Assembly (NCBI GenBank): GCA_977017575.1
Contig: CDRNVI010000009.1
Location: 434,001 to 498,000 of the forward strand
Direction of reading: 5' to 3'
DNA: 64,000 nucleotides
From: Paramoeba atlantica
Lineage: Eukaryota > Protista > Discosea
The translations under genes were made by a program, and so were the position numbers. Numbering within the stretch: the first letter of the stretch is position 1; each line of letters begins with the position of its first letter. Of the stretch, positions 60,230 through 64,000 are shown piece after piece. The notes beneath the pieces were generated by a model that worked only from the letters and a program-made list of their open reading frames with translations, had not been told where the DNA came from and searched no databases.

Positions 60230-63200
60230 GTCCTCAAAGGATCGAGAATTCACGTTTAGACGGGCGAGACGTGATCTCCTTTACCCCCCATTATCTTCCC
60301 TCTACCTTATATCCCATACCGTAAACTTATAATAGCTATATTAATTATACTTTTTTTTTCCTCAAGTTTCCAAGGTTTTTGTTTTTAATGTCAAATTCTA
60401 GAGGCCCATGTTTTGTGAATCGTCATTAGATAAATAATTTCTCAGCTGAGAGAATACAATCGACCCATTTAACTCCTGCAGGCACAGAGAAAATTCGTTC
60501 AGTGTTCGGACCCTATCAAGTCCGCTGCAGTCCGCCAACGTATGCAACAAGTGCCGGAGCCCGTGATGCATAGCACCACCGGAGAGGACTGGTAGGCATA
60601 CGAAACGCTCTTGTGGTATCATCCCGGAAGCCACGTATGTGCTGTGCTTGCGCGTAATGGCCTCTCTCATCAGGGTACCGCTACGTTTCCGTGCATTAGT
60701 GGGCGCCAGCTCGTGAATTATTGTTATGTCATAAAAGATTTCCCCAGTTGCCCAATGTATTACAATGTCAGGTCCTGACCGATGGAGGCTCGCATTTCTA
60801 CAAACTTTTTGATGATCACTTTTTCGCCATTGTGGGAACGATTCCCCGCATGTAGAGCATTTATAAGAAGTAAACTGTCGAAGTTCCCTTTCGCATGGCA
60901 CACCCGCCTTCATGCACAGTTCATAGATAATACGCACCAGATTATTATGTTTCATTGTTGTATTATTTCCGGAACACTGGACGCATCCAGCTATTGCGAA
61001 AAGGCTGATGAAGAATCCAGAAGGGTGCGACATCCTGGGCATTGCAGACTTTCGGGAATACGAGGGTGGCTTAGACCAAGACGTGGCATCAAAGCTAATG
61101 TGAAGAATTTGGAAGGCACTAACTTTGCCGTCGAATGAAGCCACGCGGAGTTCCCTTTTTCACTTGCTGCTCTCAGCACTGGTGCAATTTTCGGGTCCTT
61201 ACTCAACGATTCTTTAATGGCTCTGTTAAGCTTTGCTTCAGTTACAAATTCATCGTGGGGAGGGGTTATCTGATCTTCATTTCCCACCGGCGATGGAGAC
61301 GTGAGACTGGGTGCTCGAACTGAATAGGAATTAAGTCGTTCAAGAGCACTGTGCCTTGATGCTTCATACGCCGATTTTCGCAAGAGATCAGTGGGCGTTA
61401 ACCCCAATCCTCCGCTCTTCACAGGTAGACGCGCCCAAGCAATTTGCTTTGGTGTCATCGATCCAAACCATGCAGTAAGAACTTCTTGCACTTGCTTGTC
61501 AAAAGATTTTGCCATTTCAAAAGTTTCTTCTGGTCGATGGACCCTTATATGGTATCGATGTCGTACATTAACACATCGCGACAGGAGGAGAAGCGAAACG
61601 TTGTTTGCTCCCATGTCACAAAGCCGCCGAAAAATAGTTAGATGCTTTTCAAGCTTGGCAAGAAGCAGCTCACTGACTCTGTCTGCTTCCCCTACGTAGG
61701 CTCCTAATGTTTTGACTGCCTTCTCCGCTATCTGAACTCCTTCATTCGCTAGACTTTCTGGTAGGCGAATATTGTTCAGACCGCTAAACCATACACACTT
61801 TTGAGGGGCAAGGCAGATTTCTTTGCTTAGAAGAAGTTCTTTGAGGCGAACATAGGCAGCTGCAACAAGATCTTCCTCAGTTGACGCAATATTGATATCA
61901 TCAACATAAGCGTATATATGTAGCATGGGAAATTCTTGTGCAATTGTCTCCAGTATTGGCTGAAGAAAGGAGCAGAAGTATAGTGTCGACAACGGCGACC
62001 CTTGGCGAACTCCAGCCGAACTCTCAACTGTTGAAAACAGTTCCCCGTTCTTTCCGTAAAAGAGGAGTTCAGACGCTGCCCCATATTCGGCAACAAATAG
62101 TCGCTGAAAAGGCCGAAGGGCGCTAAAAGCAAAAATTGCTTTTGCAATCTCGTCGCGTGAAGGGCTATTAAAAGCGTTCTTCATATCCAACGAGAGGATA
62201 GCACACCCTTCCATATATCGTCGATTGAGTTCGTGAACAATAGTCTCGCAGCCAGCGCGACTCATCACCCCATGCTGCATCGGCAGGAAAAGCTTTTCAA
62301 ATTTATGTTCGTTACGCAGAAGAAGGATTAGTCCAGCCAACTTGAGAAAAATTTCTCCCATTGCCACCGGTAGAACGGCTTGAGCTGTTTTAGGGAGTGC
62401 AACTAAGCGTGCTCTCCGCAGTCTGCGCATTACATCCTTGGACAGCATTCCGTTAATTAAATCGCACATCATGTGGCTTAGACTCGTGCAACAGATCTCA
62501 TCGTCCAAGAGCAGACGAGAATGATGGCCTCTGTGGTACCGGATGGACCTGGGGCGGCGCCTTTTGCGAGTCTCTTTCCTTCTTCTCGGAGTTCATGGGG
62601 CGGGATACATGCTACCTTCGGGGCGTCTGTGGGAAGCTCAAAAGAAATCGGTAAAGATGGGTGTAGTTTTTGTAATTGAGACAATTTTTCTTCGTCCCCT
62701 AATGATGTTTCGGTGATGTCTTGATCTAACACGCGCGTCGCTTTCTTAATCGCTCCTTCCAAAACCAGTCGTGTCGCTTTTTTGACTGCTCTCAGATCTT
62801 TAGCCTTTTGCTCCACTTCACTGTTTCCTGCATTCGTCTCCTGAGTTTGAATTGGGCGGCGACGACGCTTTTTTCCAATGAGCACTGTAGCTAACGAATG
62901 TTTCATTGCCGACATGGTTCTGTGCCAGATTTGATTTCGTTGGTCGTAAGAAGAATCTGCGTAATCCCGCATTATGTCACGATAGATAGAGACAACACAG
63001 GGCACAAACTCTGCACTGACAGTCCGCATGGTTGGCATTGGATCGAAATCCAAGTCTGCTTCCGTATGAGAAAATCCTTGATTACTGGGAATTCCTTTAG
63101 CGTCCACATCAATTCTGCTTTTTGAATCCTTTCGATGTAGCCATTGTATTGAATAAACTCTCACATTAGAATTTGGAGGAATGAACCCACGAAATTGCTC

Positions 63201-63715
63201 GCCGCATTTGTACCCTTCTATACCTTCATACTGGAGAGACATCCGTCCGATTCCGGCACGCTTCTTAACCGACTTAACCACACCTTTCGATATATTCAGC
63301 TGCGAGGAATCGCTGAAGCACCATGCCATCAAGCACGAGTCCCCTTGTTTCGCCGTTTTTGATGAATCCCAGATGGTATCCGGTGCCATTGGAAACTGCT
63401 CCGTTGGGTTTATCGACTTATTCAACTTCTCTATCATCTCGGCCTCCTTGGCAACTTCTATGACAGACTCTGTTTCAGCAGGAAGTTCAAAGTTCGGCAT
63501 CGTGATATTGTTTTCGTCAACTACCTCGTGCAGTGTCGTAGACCCGTCAACCCTTCCAGTGCTCAATAGGGTGTCATCAGGAGTTAAACAGTCGGCGTAT
63601 GTCTGACATTCGACATCTGCGTCCTGCGTCGGCTGTTCGGCTGAAGTTTCATCATTCGTCGCAGTGATCGACACAGTCGTCGAAAAAACAGCAGGAAAAA
63701 CGAACAAGATCTGGC
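60230..63715 (-). mobile_element. CRE-A element V, 5'-truncated; ORF split by two frameshifts (63707-62478, 62508-60991, 61144-60398)
   Basis: CLMAWCFSD, HTEADLDF, AAPGPSG, LDMKNAFNS, GVRQGSPLS, YVDD, CPGC, GPDIVIHW. Confidence 0.88.
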
Positions 63716-63785
63716 GTGCAATTCAAGGCGTGCATAATATCTGGCGTGCAATATCTGGCGTGCAGTATCTGGCGTGCATAATATC
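63710..63785. repeat. Imperfect (atctggcgtgca)n repeat, 5 copies, at the V 5' junction
   Basis: Read directly. Confidence 0.88.
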
Positions 63786-64000
63786 AACAACAGACAACTA
63801 TTTTTGAAGCTTTGACTTGAAGCAAAAGCTAATCATAGTCGTAGACCTCCAACCCATGTTTCAGCCTGAATATATTGCCGCAATTGAGAAACTACTGCGT
63901 ATGCAGAATATTTCTCTAACTCAAGCTGAAAGGCTTCTCGTGTTGGCGTATAATCTAGACCTGCCCTCTTTGCCAATGTTTTTAGTAGCTGTTTAGTCTC

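Noticed and set aside
63856-63996. 46-codon ORF (MFQPEYIAA...) at the right edge as a host gene
   Set aside because: Too short and without any recognisable motif.

Overview
This 64-kb window is a eukaryotic retrotransposon nest with no recognisable host gene, rRNA, tRNA or CRISPR array. The host cannot be determined; the mix of VIPER-like and CRE elements resembles Euglenozoa. Element types: (i) VIPER/TATE-like tyrosine-recombinase (YR) retrotransposons (gag-YR-RT/RNase H) with split direct repeats A1-ORFs-B1-A2-B2. Family V1 has three + strand copies; family V2 has one - strand copy. (ii) Many CRE-clade RT + restriction-like endonuclease (RLE) non-LTR elements of two families, CRE-A and CRE-B. 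(iii) One HERO/NeSL-like RLE element with six Mer3/HFM1-type Cys/His fingers. (iv) One RTE-like 3' fragment carrying RNase H. Junctions and target-site duplications (TSDs) rejoin in frame and give a Russian-doll structure. V2 (57637->12044) is split by CRE-A element Y (15301-55889, TSD aaaagtca). Y contains a retrocopy Z, V1 copy 1 and CRE-A element X (TSD accttacg). X contains V1 copy 2, the HERO-like element (TSD agaa) and V1b copy 3. The strongest new signals are: an in-phase -1 slippery heptamer at the end of gag in both YR families, feeding a pol frame that overprints the whole YR gene; a V1 + CRE-B composite integrated twice as a unit; att-like inverted-repeat termini; conserved UNCG hairpins in repeat A; a YxDG RT motif; and several covarying RNA motifs. 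All translations, alignments and base-pairings were done by eye.
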